Below, piece after piece: positions 1 to 11,732 of a DNA stretch of 64,000 nucleotides. Source of the DNA: Hemiscyllium ocellatum (Eukaryota); the NCBI RefSeq assembly GCF_020745735.1, contig NC_083426.1:34472001-34536000 (forward strand), read 5' to 3'. A program made the position numbers and the translations under genes. A model generated the notes under the pieces. The model made no database searches. It was not told the origin of the DNA and was given only the letters and a program-made list of their open reading frames with translations. How positions within the stretch are numbered: the stretch's first letter is position 1; each line of letters begins with the position of its first letter.

Positions 1-1553
1 GAGCCCTGTAAGTGTAAGCTCACGCCAAGACAAGCTATGTCATATCATACAAAATCACCAGAAACAGTAAACATTTTTCTGATGAAGAGTTTATTAAGGA
101 ATGCTTATTGGACTTTGCAGAACTAATATGCCCGGAGAAAAAGGAGGCGTTTGAGAATGTGCCCCTCTCCCGACGCACTGTAACGAGAAGGATTGGGGAC
201 ATCGCGAGAAATCTGGAGCATCAGCTGCGGCACAGAGCAGTCAACTTTAACACTTTTTCTTTGGCTTTGGATGAGCGCTGAGACATACATAACACAAACC
301 AGCTACTCATCTTCGTACGTGGGATAACTACGGACTTTAAAATCATGGAGAAGCTGGCAGCCATGCTGTCAATGAAAGGAACAACTGGAAGTGATTTGTT
401 CATGGAGATAAATGCATGTTTGGACACGTTGGGACTAAAATGGGACAAGCCGGCTGGTGCGACAACGGATGGTTGTCCAAATCTAAAAGTGGGAAAAAAT
501 GTTGGATTCTTAAACAGAATGCAGAATAAAGTGACAGAAATTGACCCTAAACAGAAATTGGTATTTTTGCATTGTATTATACATCAGGAAGTGTTGTGTA
601 AGTCAGTGTTAATAATTAACCACGTGGTTAATGTTGTAACTAAAGTAGTTAACTTCATCAGGGCAATCACAGGCAGTTTGTTGCACTTTTGGAGGAAAAT
701 GAGACTGAACATTGTGACATAGGCTACCACACAGCTCTCAGGTGGCTCAGCCTGGGCAAAATGCTGAAAAGTGTATGGGACCTGGAGAGAAGAGATTCAA
801 GATTTCTGTGTGAAGAAAGGGAATGGCATTCCACAGCTTTCAGATGCAGACTGGATTGCAGACCTTGGTTTTGCTGTTGATGTGACTGCATTTATGAATG
901 AACTAAATGTGAAACTGCAGTGCAAGGGCCTTTTTGTGCTTGAAATGTACAACTTGGTGAAGGCTTTGATGAGAAAGTTGCAGCTTCTCTCAAGCCAAAT
1001 GGGGGACAACATTCTCATGCACTTGCTAACACCGCAGGAAGCCACACCTTTAGCTGGTCACCTCTACAGGTACTCATCTATGTTAGAAGCACTGCATGGT
1101 GAATTTCCAAGGCAATTTCAAGACTTTAAAATGGTTGAGAATGAAATGCACATGATCTTTTTCCCCCATTTACATGCAATGTGGAGAATGCATCTAGTGA
1201 TGTTCAGCTTGAACCCATTGACCTGCAGACTGACACACTTCTGGCAGAGTACTTTAGGTCAGTCTCACTGCTCGATTTTTACTCTTCCCTCAAAGAGGAG
1301 AACTTTCCACACATGAGGAGACATGCTCAGAAGATTGTAGTCCTCTTTGGATCTACCTATATATGCAAACAGACATTCTCAGTAATGAAGTTCAACAAAT
1401 CCAAATACGGATCCTCTATCGCTGGTGATCACCTTTCAGCTGTCCTTCGCATATCCACCTCAGACATTCAACCAGATGCAAGGTTTGTGAAGGTTTGTAG
1501 CTCAGGTTGAGGTTTAGGGTGTAGGTTTGCTCGCTGAGCTGTAGGTTTGATAT

Positions 1554-1593
1554 CCAGACGTTTCATTACCTGGCTAGGTAACATCATCAGTGG
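1554..1593 (-). ncRNA. Minimal type I hammerhead ribozyme (PLE family A, mirror copy)
   Basis: Exact reverse complement of the core at 2275-2314. Confidence 0.8.
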
Positions 1594-2274
1594 CAACCTC
1601 CAAGTGAAGCAAAGCTGTTGTCCCCTGCTTTCTATTTATATGTTTGTCCTAGATGGGGTTCCTGGGGTTTGTGGTGATGTCATTTCCTGTTCATTTTCTG
1701 AGGGGTTGATAGATGGTATCTAGATCTATGTGTTTGTTTATGGCGTTGTGGTTGGAATGCCAGGCCTCTAGGAATTCTCTGGCATGCCTTTGCTTAGCCT
1801 GTCCCAGGATAGATGTGCTGTCCCAGTCGAAATGGTGGCTTTTTTCATCCGTGTGTATGGCTATGAGGGAGAGAGGGTCATGTCTTTTTGTGGCTAGCTG
1901 GTGTTCGTGTATCCTAGTGGCTAACTTTCTTCCTGGAAGAAAGTTAGCCACCAGAATACACAAACACCAGCTAGCCACAAAAAGACACAACCCTCTCTCC
2001 CTCGTAACCCTACTCACGGATGAAAAAAAACACCATTTTGACTGGGACAACACATCTATCCTGGGACAGGCTAAGCAAAGGCATGCCAGAGAATTCTTAG
2101 AGGTCTGGCATTCCAACCACAACGCCATAAACAAACACATTGATCGAGATACCATCTATCAACCCCTCAGAAAATGAACAGGAAATGACATCACCACAAA
2201 CCCCAGGAACTCCATCCAGGAGAAAGATATAAATAGAAAACAGGAGACAACAGCTTCACTTCACTTGGAGGTCA

Positions 2275-2314
2275 CCACTGATGATGTTACCTAGCCAGGT
2301 AATGAAACGTCTGG
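2275..2314 (+). ncRNA. Minimal type I hammerhead ribozyme (PLE family A)
   Basis: CCA-CTGATGA-T-GTTACC-TAGCCA-GGTAAT-GAAACGTC-TGG: conserved core, stem II, and 3-bp stem I CCA/TGG. Mirror copy on the minus strand at 1554-1593. Confidence 0.8.
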
Positions 2315-2797
2315 ATATCAAACCTACAGCTCAGCGAGCAAACCCCCACCCTAAATTCAACCAGATTTCAATGCACTTGTTCAAGCCCAAAACAGACAGG
2401 ATTTTTCTCACTAAACAAGTAAAATGAACTGAAAAACATCAAAAGCACTTAGATAGAGTTGTTTGTTGTTTGTAATATTGAACAATGATGAAACAACTTT
2501 TCATTATTGGTTTGTGAGATTAACATGTTAAAAATAAAATAAAATTCTGAAATTATTGTTTTTACTGTTTATTTCTTCTATATTTGACCTACTCCACAAT
2601 TTCATATCTTTATTGTAACGGAATATCCTTATTCTTTTGATTATAAGTTTCAGCGCAAACCTATATAATTTAGTACTTTTTACAATGGGAGAAAATTAAT
2701 ATTGAGCAGAAATACGTTCAACTTATTGTTGGTTCGGCCCTCCAACACAATCTAGGTTTCTCATGTGGCCCCTTGGAAGAATTAATTGCCCACTCCT

Positions 2798-3300
2798 GCT
2801 CTATAAGGTCATCCCTAAACCTTCTAAGCTCTAGAGAAAAAAGCCCCAGCCTATCCAGCCTTTTCTTGTAACTCAAACCCTCCAGTCCTGGTAAAATCTT
2901 TGTAAATCTTTTCTGCATCCTCTCCAGTTTAATAATATCCTTCCTATTGCATGGCAACTAAAACTGTATCAGTATTCTAAGTGGCCTCACCAATGTGCTG
3001 TACAATTGCAACATGACATCCCAACTCCTATACTCACTGGTCTGAGCAATGAAGGTAAGTGTGCCAAATACCTTCTTCATCTTCCTGTCTACTTGTGATG
3101 CAACCTTTAAGGAACCATGTACCTGAATCCCTAGTTCTCACTATTTGATAACACTCTCCAGAGCCCAGCAATAATTATAAATGTTCTGCCTTTGTTTATC
3201 TTACCAAAGTACAACACCTCACATTTATCCAAATTAAACTCCATCTGACAGTCCATGGCCATTGGCCCTTTTGTACTTTTAGAAAATCTTCCTCACTGAC
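2798..3300 (-). mobile_element. CR1-clade LINE fragment, host of the hAT insertion
   Basis: ORF 2718-2957(-) KDIIKLERMQKRFTKILPGLEGLSY..RL.RLGLFSLE.RR.R.DLIE is the CR1 ORF2 C-terminal signature and breaks exactly at the hAT TIR. Confidence 0.85.
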
Positions 3301-3953
3301 AAAGGAGCTTTGAAAAATTATGTGTTAAAACTAACACATGCTCCTTATTTTATTCAAACTCAGACAACCATAATCAGCAAGTAGCATAAACAATAAGAAT
3401 TTATTGTACAGAAGCATGCTGTCAGCAGGTGCTCTATGCCAGCATTAAGTTCCACAGAAGCCTAAAGTATAAGTAAATATTATCACAGAATCTGCTGCTC
3501 ATGTTGTATACCTGTCTTGTACTGCCAATATTCTGGGAAACTGCTTTATAATTGAAAATGACCTGTTCTGTTACAACTTGTTACAATCTTGGAAACCACC
3601 CATGTAACAAAACTAGTCCTTGAAGTGCTGCCAAGCAGTTTTTATTTACAGAAAGTCAAGCTTTGATGACACAGGACAATTAAGGTCCAACCCAAGCCCC
3701 AGGAAACACTCCGCATGTTTTTCAAACGTGGGAAAGGCCTCTATTTATAAGCAGAAAATGGCCTGATCTTTCAGGTTCAAAAAGAGAATGGTAGAGGCAA
3801 GGGTCCTAATATTGAAAACAAGTTAAGCAAACAAGCTTTTATTTGAAAAACAAATCTGTAAAGAGTGGGGGAGGGGTAAAAACAATCCATTTGTCAAACA
3901 GGGTCACTGAGATTCCTTTTTGAGGAACTCAGGCAATATGTGGCAGAGCTCCA

Positions 3954-4290
3954 TGGGCGGTACAGTGGTTATTACCGTGACCTCACAGCACCAGGGAGCC
4001 GGGTTCGATTCTAGCCTTGAGTGAGTGTCTGTGTGGAGTTTGCACATTCTCCCCGTGTCTGCGGAGGTTTCTGCCGGTTTCCTCTCTCAGTCCAAAGATG
4101 TGCAGGTTAGGGGGATTGGTCATGATACATTGTCTGTAGTAATAGGGATGTGAAGGATAAGCCAGGATAAAGGAGCAGTCATGGGGGATAGGATAGGGAG
4201 TTGAGTCTGCGTGGGATGTTCTTCAGAGGATCAACGCAGACCCAACGGATCAAATAGCCTCTTTCCATACTGCAGGGATTCTATGATTCT
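3954..4290 (+). mobile_element. HE1-like tRNA-derived SINE
   Basis: tRNA head with A/B-box-like motifs (cagtggtta...gggttcgatt), central tgtctgtgtggagtttgcacattctcccc core, and ATTCTATGATTCTA tail. Confidence 0.85.
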
Positions 4291-4452
4291 AACAGCCACA
4301 CAGGAGTTGACCATATGGGAAGTATTGCACAATGCTGGGCTCCTGCAAACACAACATGAAAATGCTCAATAAACTTAGCAAATCAAGTTGAGGGTATTAG
4401 GCCATGACTGTTTATTACTCCAGAATATAAATTGTTTACATTTCACTATTTA

Positions 4453-5850
4453 AAAAGGAAGGTAGACAAAGATGGGGAATTATAGATCTATTAGCTAAAT
4501 GTCTGTAGTGGGGAAGATACTTAAATCTATTATCAAAGGAAGAAATAGCCAGGCATCTTGAAAGAAATTGTCCAGTTGGACAGATGCATCATGGGTTCAT
4601 GAAGGGCAGGTCATGTTTGACAAATCTTTTGGAATTCTATGAAGACATTTCAAGGAAGGTGGACAATGGGGATCTAGTAGATGTAGTGTACCTAGATTTC
4701 CAAAAGGTGTTTGAGAAGGTGCCACACAAGAGGCTGCTGCATAAGATAAGGATGCATGGTGTTATGGGTAGTGTATTAGCATGGATAGAGGATTGGTTGA
4801 CTGACAGGAAGCAAAGAGTGGGGATAAGTGACTAGTGGTGTGCCTCAGAGATCGGTGTTGGGACTGCAATTATTTACAATTTATACAGACAATTTGGAGT
4901 TGGGGACCGTGTGTGGTGTCAAAGTTTGCAGATGACATTAAGATGAGTGACAGTGCAAAGTGTGCAGAGGACTGTGAAACTTTGCAGAGGAACATAGATA
5001 CATTGAGTGAGTGGGCAAAGGTCCAGCAGATGGAATACAATGTTAATAAATGTGAAATCATCCATTTTGGTAGGAGTAACATTAAAAAAGATTATTACTT
5101 GAATGGTAAAAAATTGCAGCATGCTGCTATGCAGAGGGATCTGGGTGTCCTTGTGCATGGATCACAGAAGGTTCGTCTGCAGGTACAACAAGTAATTAGG
5201 GAGGCAAATGGAATTTTGTCCATCATTGCTAAAGGGTTGAGTTTAAAAGCAGAGAGGTAATGTTGCAGCTGTACAAAGTGCAGCTGTGTACAGTTTTGGT
5301 CTCCTTACTTGAGAAAGGATGTAATGGCACTAGAGGGGGTGCGGACGAGATTCACAAGGTTGATTCCAGAGTTGAGGGGGTTAGTTTATGAGGAGAGGCT
5401 GAGTAGACTGGGATTATATTCATTGGAATTCAGAAGAATGAGTGGGGGGGGGGGGGGGGCGAATCTTATAGAAACATATAAAATATGAAGGGAATCAATA
5501 AAATAGAAATAGAGAGGATGTTGCCACTGGTAGGTGAAACTGAGACAAGAGGGCATGGCCTCAAGATCAGGGGGAGCAGGTTTAGGACTGAATTGAGAAG
5601 GAACTTCTTCACTTATAGGGTTGTAATTCTGTGAAATTCCTTGCCCAGGGAAATGGTTGATACAGCTTCAGTAAACACTTGTAAAGCTGGGATAGATTTC
5701 TGTTGAAAAATAAAGGAATTAAGGGATAAGGTGAGAGCACGGGTAAGTGGAGCTGAGTCCCATGAAAAGATCAGCCATGATCTTACTGAGTGGCGGATCA
5801 GGCTTGAAGGGTTGGAAGGCCTACTCCTGCTCCAAGCTCTTATGTAAATT
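4453..5850 (+). mobile_element. CR1 LINE, RT domain to 3' end, degraded
   Basis: HGFMKGRSCLTNLLEFYE, DVVYLDFQKVFEKVPH, KFADD, QRDLGVLVH; ends in a CR1-type 3' UTR (cctactcctgctcc...cttatg). Confidence 0.92.
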
Positions 5851-6351
5851 CTTAAATGCTGTAAATTAATATCCAGGAGATAGTAGAATGCCCTTTACAT
5901 CCTAGTTCCTACTCAAACTTTTTCTCCACCTACATCCTTGCAAGCATTGAATGGATTACAATTCTACTATCTAATGCAACTTATAATTACATGTAGACAC
6001 TATATCATCAGCTAAAGTTGCATGCTGATGCTTGGATCTGACTGCACATTGTCTGAACAACTGCAGGTATTACATGTCAGCATTAAAGATCACTCCAGTA
6101 AATGAGTCCCAACTCTATACAAGCTGGGGCAAGCTTTTGTGCATCAAAATCTGGATAATAACAGCATAACCAGAAAACTTTTTTTTGTCACAATACTCAG
6201 CCTATTCAAATGTATCATGTGAAATCAATTCAAATGGAAATAAAGTATAGAACCCATTCAGGTATGGCTTGAAATGTACACAACGTAATGATTTTAATTT
6301 TTAAAAAATGCAGCATTTCACTGTTAATGTTCAGACATTTTATCTGCTCTA

Positions 6352-6692
6352 AACTGCACAATGGCTGAATGGTTAACACTGCTCCCTCACAGTGCCAGGG
6401 ATCTGGTTCTGATTCCTGCCTAAGGCGACTGCCTGTGTACACATTCTCCTCATGTCTGTGTGGGTTTCTCCAGGTGCTCCAGTTTCCTCCCACAGTCCAA
6501 AAGTGTGCAGGAAGGGTAGACTGGCCATGCCAAATTGCCCATAGTGTTCAGGATGTGTAGGCTAGGTGCATTAGTCAGGGTAAATGTTGAGTAATAGGGT
6601 ACAGGAACGGATCTGGGTGGGACACTCTTCAGAGGGTCAGTGTGGACTTGTTGGGCCAAATGGCCTGTTTTCACACTGTAGGAATTCTAATT
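6352..6692 (+). mobile_element. HE1-like SINE
   Basis: Same head and core (cctcccacagtccaaaagtgtgcagg) with an ATTCTAATT tail. Confidence 0.85.
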
Positions 6693-7476
6693 GTAATAAC
6701 ATCAATTAACAATGACTTTACAACTTTCCTTGTTTAAATTTCTTGCCTCCCTTTCTGCTTTCAAATGCACGCAGCCAGTTTGAAGGTGCACCCAAAATAA
6801 AAAAAAATCAAATACACTTCAGATTGAACTTGGATCAATTTCAGTAGTTTATATAAAGACTAAACTAGAGGCACAGACAAATAACACTTCAAAAACAGCC
6901 AAGTAAGCCATTGAATACCTTATAGCTACAGGGCAATCCAAATGACAATTTAATGTACCTTCCTCTCTGAACTCATTAAATAAAACAACCTCTCTTATAA
7001 TGAAACATGTTAATAGTCAAATTTTCTCAAGCAACAACAGTGGACAAATATGGCCTGCTGCAGATCAAGTTGAGTGGTTTATTTTCTGAAGGGACTTGAA
7101 CATAGAGTGGCATAATAAAAATTCAGAACCAATAAAAAAGAAATAAGATGTGGGGAAAGATTATGCTGTATCTCTTCTTTGACTGTTCTCACAGGAGAAG
7201 TTAATGTTTGAATACCATAGATGACTATTAACAGGTGGACCCTCAGACCGCAATCTATAACCAACAGCAACTTTTGGAATGAAGCCAGCCATTCTCTAAA
7301 ATGGCAATGCCCTCTCATGCTTCATCAGCTGTTCATGTGAAGGCTTGAGTCAACAAAGCACACTTGCTGCACACATCTACGCACAGCTGGTTGATTGATA
7401 TTCAATACTGAGAGCTTGAAATGATCCTGCTGCATTGAGTGTGACTAACTTGTCCAGAAACTGGCAGCACTGTGGG

Positions 7477-7486
7477 CCTATTATGG
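7477..7486. promoter_or_regulatory. CArG box (SRF site) with nearby CAGCTG E-boxes
   Basis: CCTATTATGG fits CC(A/T)6GG; CAGCTG at 7326-7331 and 7384-7389, in apparently non-repeat DNA. Motif match only. Confidence 0.3.
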
Positions 7487-9277
7487 AAAATAGCTCTAGA
7501 TATGGATGCAGCATATCTCTAAACGCTTTCCTGGTGAATTAAATCCACTGTGGACAGTCTCATCTGAGAAGTCTATGTGCGAGTGTATCTAATTCTGTCA
7601 TGGCTGCACCAACAACTGGGTGCAGCTTGGTTAATCTAGCATTCTATATCCAGCTCCCCTCTTCAGCTCAGAAGGAGGCCTTAATGGAACCTGTAACAGA
7701 AAATCCGCTGTGCCAATACGAATAGGCTATAGACAACATTAGAAATATTATCACAAAGAACTTTTAAAGACTTCTTAAAGGAAAAAAAAGTGAAAGGTTG
7801 AAATGATACCCTATCAATATGCTGATTCATTACTAGTCTACTAAGTGGAGCCAAGTCAAACTGACTGCTAGGTCTAGATGGTCAGTTAAACTAAGCAATA
7901 CAAATAATACAAACCACATAAAATTATTTGAATTACACATTTGCCTTTCAATCATGTATCCACCCACAAGCTATTAAAAAAAATTTCAGTACCATAACAT
8001 TTTATGAGATAATTTGCAATCTTTTATGCTTAAAATCAAGCAAACGTTGCTCAGTATTTTAATGTAAGTGTATTACAAACTGTTAGATCTGGCCTTAAAG
8101 AGTGACCTCTAATCTGTCCTTACTTGTTAGTAAAACACCAACTGTTCACAAGCCTCAGCATACCATGTGAAGTTGTGTATTCACAATAAGTTGAGCTCTC
8201 AGCTGCTCATGGTCTTTCATGTGACAATGTAAACTGAGCAAAAGAAACGTAAGCACCTTGTAACTCTATGCTCTGGACTGTGTACGATCTATTGATCAAG
8301 AAGGTTTTTCTTTGCTGTGATGTAGCTTGTGCAGGTCATTGGAAAGTTATGCACACGTTGAAAAACAGTATTTTGTAGTCCTCAACAATGTTAAAGAACC
8401 TCAGTAAAGTGGAATTTAAACTTATACAACACATTGTACATCCTCTGGATGTCTCAAAGTGCTTAAGAGCCAACAAATTACTTTTAAATTGCAGTCACTC
8501 CTTTACCATGGTAATGTTTCATAAATAATAAATCAAGAATTACCTAAATAATAAGTTAATCTGGAAATATTCAGCAAGTCTGCCTGCACATGGAGAAAAA
8601 GGAATAAATTTAGGAGGCTGAATTTTCCAGGGGTATCAGGATGCTATGAGAGTTCCTGAGCCCACTGTTGTTATTGAGAGGCTTCTACAACACTTTAGGT
8701 GAAGCAGAAAATTAGCTGGCTGTCCCTTTACTGTCTGATTACAGATGGCAAGTGACTCCTCCAGGTTGGAGACCCAATGAGAAGACCTAGACCACTGACT
8801 GACCTGCAGTCTGACCAAGAGATGCAAGGCACTGCTAAGTCAGAAAGGTGACCTTGAGGATGCCTTAAAATGTAGCAACTCTCAGAAAACTTAAAAACTG
8901 AAAGAAGGCCAACTAAAGAAAACCCTCCAGGGAATGCGTTTGGTTGTGGCTTTAGGATAATTGTGGCTCATTTATTGAGCTGGTGAGAGAGGGCGCTGTT
9001 GCCCTTCAGTCGGTTGTGGAGAGGCTGCCTCCTGGTTGCTGTCTGGCTCTGGACTCCATTTTTAAGGATTTAATGCTCACAGTAACTCCCTTCTGACTTG
9101 CCTTTTAGTCACACATAAAGCCAGGCAGTTTTTTAACGCTGATCAGCAGTGATCAATGCCATCATTTTGCAGCAGCATCTGTGCCAAACATATTACAAGA
9201 ACAGCAACCAAAAGGCCATATCTCAAACTCTAAGGGTAGTAGTCATCGGTCAAGTCAAGGAAGATCCCTTCCAGTCA

Positions 9278-10122
9278 TGATGTGGAGAAGCTGGTGTTGG
9301 ACTGGGGTGGACAAAAGTTAAAAATGACATAACACCAGGTTATAGTCTAAAGGGTTTATGTGGAAGTATTAGCTTCCAGAGCGCCGCTCCGTCATCAGGT
9401 AACTAGGGGGCAGGATCAGAAGACACTGAATTTATAATAAAAGGTCACAGTGTCATACAATTGAAATGATATATTGAACAACTAGATTGCTGTTAAGTCT
9501 TTTGTCTTTGGGTTGCAGGTTTTGGTTCATTACTGTGTAAATCTCAGAACTTTTTTTAAGTCACATTCTCAAGATAACTTAAGGCTTTATAAAAATAACA
9601 TGACTTTTTAGCAGATTGTGTGTCATATGCATGCACGCACACACACACAGACACACACACAAGTCTATGGTGTGAATTTGCATTTGCAGAATTGTATTTG
9701 CAGATACATTCTATGTTTACTCAAAAAGCACACAACCTGCAGGCAGTTCATCCATATAACATGTTATAAAACTCCTGCTTCGGAAATAGAAAGAGTCTGA
9801 CTCAAGATTGGGATACTGGCAGACTCTAACCTCAAACCTTTAATACATTGTCTCAGTTGAGATGTCACTTTTTTTATAAAGCCTTAAGTTATCTCGAGAA
9901 TGTGACTTAAAATGTTCTGGGATTGATATATTAACAAAATGAAACCTGCGACCCAGTCTAAAAGATGAAAGACTTAACAGCAATCGAGGTTTGTTCAATA
10001 TATCATTTCAATTGCATGACACTGTGATCTTTTACTATAAATTCAGTGTCTAATGATCCTGCTCCACAGCTACCTGATGAAGGAACAGCGCTCCGAAAGC
10101 TAATACTTCCAAATAAACTGTT
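9278..10122. mobile_element. Penelope-like element family C, inverted-repeat (fold-back) insertion
   Basis: ~9350-9605 is the inverse of ~9862-10122. Only the left arm carries the terminal tail (tgatgtggag...gtgttggactgggg). (CA)n in the spacer; hammerhead core at 10071-10105. Confidence 0.8.
10071..10105 (+). ncRNA. Minimal hammerhead ribozyme (family C), slightly degenerate
   Basis: TAC-CTGATGA-A-GGAAC-AGC-GCTCC-GAAAGCTA-ATA, with one stem II mismatch and one stem I mismatch. Confidence 0.6.
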
Positions 10123-11645
10123 TCAGGACTTCTGGAAATCCTGACACAGGAAATCAAGGTTAGCCTCCGATATCAGTCCATGGGCTCAGAGAAAGCCATT
10201 TGGCTGCTTGCAGCTGTCATATTCAGGGGGTCCATGTCACCTCAGTCTAGGGTATGGGTCACAATCAACCCTGACGATCCAGGGATTCACGATAAGTCAG
10301 AGAGCTACACAGAGATCAGTCAAGTGTCCAGTTAGTTCATGGAGTTGGGGTTGTCAGCTCAAGTCATTTAAAGAGGTGGGCAATTGTCAGCACTGGGAGT
10401 CCATCCACTGATAACCAAGGTGGGGTTATCAAACATCATTGTTGTTGGAGAGAAGATGGAGAACTCAATCATGGGGCTTGCAGGCAGCATGTTGAGAGGC
10501 AGAAAAAATAATAACTATAAAAAGGAGAGTACTCAACATATAAATGGTTCATTTATAAGGAATAATGCAGGAGAGGGGGCTCATTGACATTTGGCATTAC
10601 TCTTGATGTAACGTAGGTAGGTGAAATGTTGACTTAAATACCTGTGGCTGAAGGACTGCATTGGAGGGAAAGCATAACCTGTTCACACCTGAAAACAAAG
10701 TCAAAAACAGTTGTACTGAAGGTTCAGAGCTCTTCAGCCAAAAGATTTGGACAGAATGACAGGAGAGCGACGGAGAAAGAGAAAGAGAGATGTCTCATAC
10801 AGACAGAAAAGTGTGCATTAATACAGGAGGAAAGATGATCTCCATTCGAAGAGATAGAACCCACAGCAATCTAAATAATCCAGAAGATGGGGGGTGGTGG
10901 TGGTTGCAGGTGCAGGGGGGAGTGGGGCTGATGTGGGGCCTCTCTGCTGTTTTTTAGTTTGGGATTTCTCTGGAAATTGGGAGAACTGTTTTTTGTTGAT
11001 TACTTAGCAAAACAAGGAGAAGTGAACTTGATGAAAGCTGGAAGCAAATTAAAACTGATTCTTGTGGAAATTATAATTGTGCTGAAACCAGAACATAATG
11101 TATAACTAGCTTCTTTTTAAAAGTAAAATTTCTTTTTAATCAAGGTAGAAGTTATAGAGGGATATCTTTTCTAAAGATTAGTACAGTAGTTGCCTACTCA
11201 GTAGTGTTAAGTTGATGTTGATTTTAGTTTGTTTGGTGCAGTGAAATTTTCTTGCATAATTCCTTTAAATTGGTCACTGGAAATTCAAATCCCAAATCTC
11301 AAAAGGTTGTTGTTCATTAGTGAGGTGATAACATTGGCTTAAATATTTTCTCAAGTGTTCATTAATCATACATTTCATCAACAATTCTCCACTAAAATTC
11401 TGACATGGATATTTTTAAGTATTTATGTTCACAGATACCTGGATTTACTTGACCTGATACTTTCACATTAATTATTCAAACATCAACCAATTGAGGAAGC
11501 CACTGGAAATCCATTTGTTAAAGGCCAAAAAGTATTAGCATTGTTGTTTTAAAGATTACGACATAGGGAGATAAATGATGGCACTATTAATTCAAAGTAT
11601 AATGAGTATCCTTAATTATATACATTAAATATTTATTTGAAATCT

Positions 11646-11732
11646 TCATTTTGATTTTGTTACCTTTTCAAGAGAATCAGCTTTGTTCTCCCACAGATTG
11701 CGTTTGTTGGCTACATCTCCTGGTCTGATATC
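11646..11732 (-). CDS. LAD1: Ladinin-1 C-terminal exon (DIRPGDVANKRNLWENKADSLEK[VTKSK*])
   Basis: tgttttcag| acceptor; matches caldesmon DLRPGDVSGKRNLWEKQ. It either reads to TGA at 11646-11648 or splices at AAG|gtaaca (exon boundary 11664). Confidence 0.88.
   Translation of the reverse strand, partial: DIRPGDVANKRNLWENKADSLEKVTKSK

Larger units (their letters stand above)
1478..2354. mobile_element. Penelope-like element family A, fold-back (palindromic) insertion
   Basis: Inverted arms of ~420 bp centred at 1934, each encoding a GIY-YIG C-terminus (GRKLATRIHEH...HHFDWD..ILGQ....AREFLEAWHS). Exact 12-bp TSD ATTCAACCAGAT at 1466-1477 and 2355-2366. Confidence 0.93.
1..2797 (+). mobile_element. 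hAT DNA transposon (Buster/Charlie/SPIN-like, GTF2IRD2/EPM2AIP1-type transposase pseudogene); 5' part outside the window
   Basis: Frameshifted ORFs 345-722, 689-880, 771-1316 and 1181-1477 carry TTDG.P, HCIIHQE.LC, RWLSLG, DL.F.VD, FGSTY.C..TFS.M and a C-terminus ...QPD|FNALVQAQNRQDFSH* ending at 2414. Right TIR TTGCCCACTCCTG at 2785-2797, then CTCTATAA (nnnTAnnn Buster target). Confidence 0.9.

Noticed and set aside
1691-2177. Two mirror-image 154-aa ORFs suggesting a bidirectional gene
   Set aside because: A consequence of the Penelope palindrome: each ORF is half antisense and half GIY-YIG C-terminus.
3954-4030. tRNA-like A/B box sequences, also in the other SINE heads
   Set aside because: They are SINE heads without a complete cloverleaf, so not called as tRNA genes.
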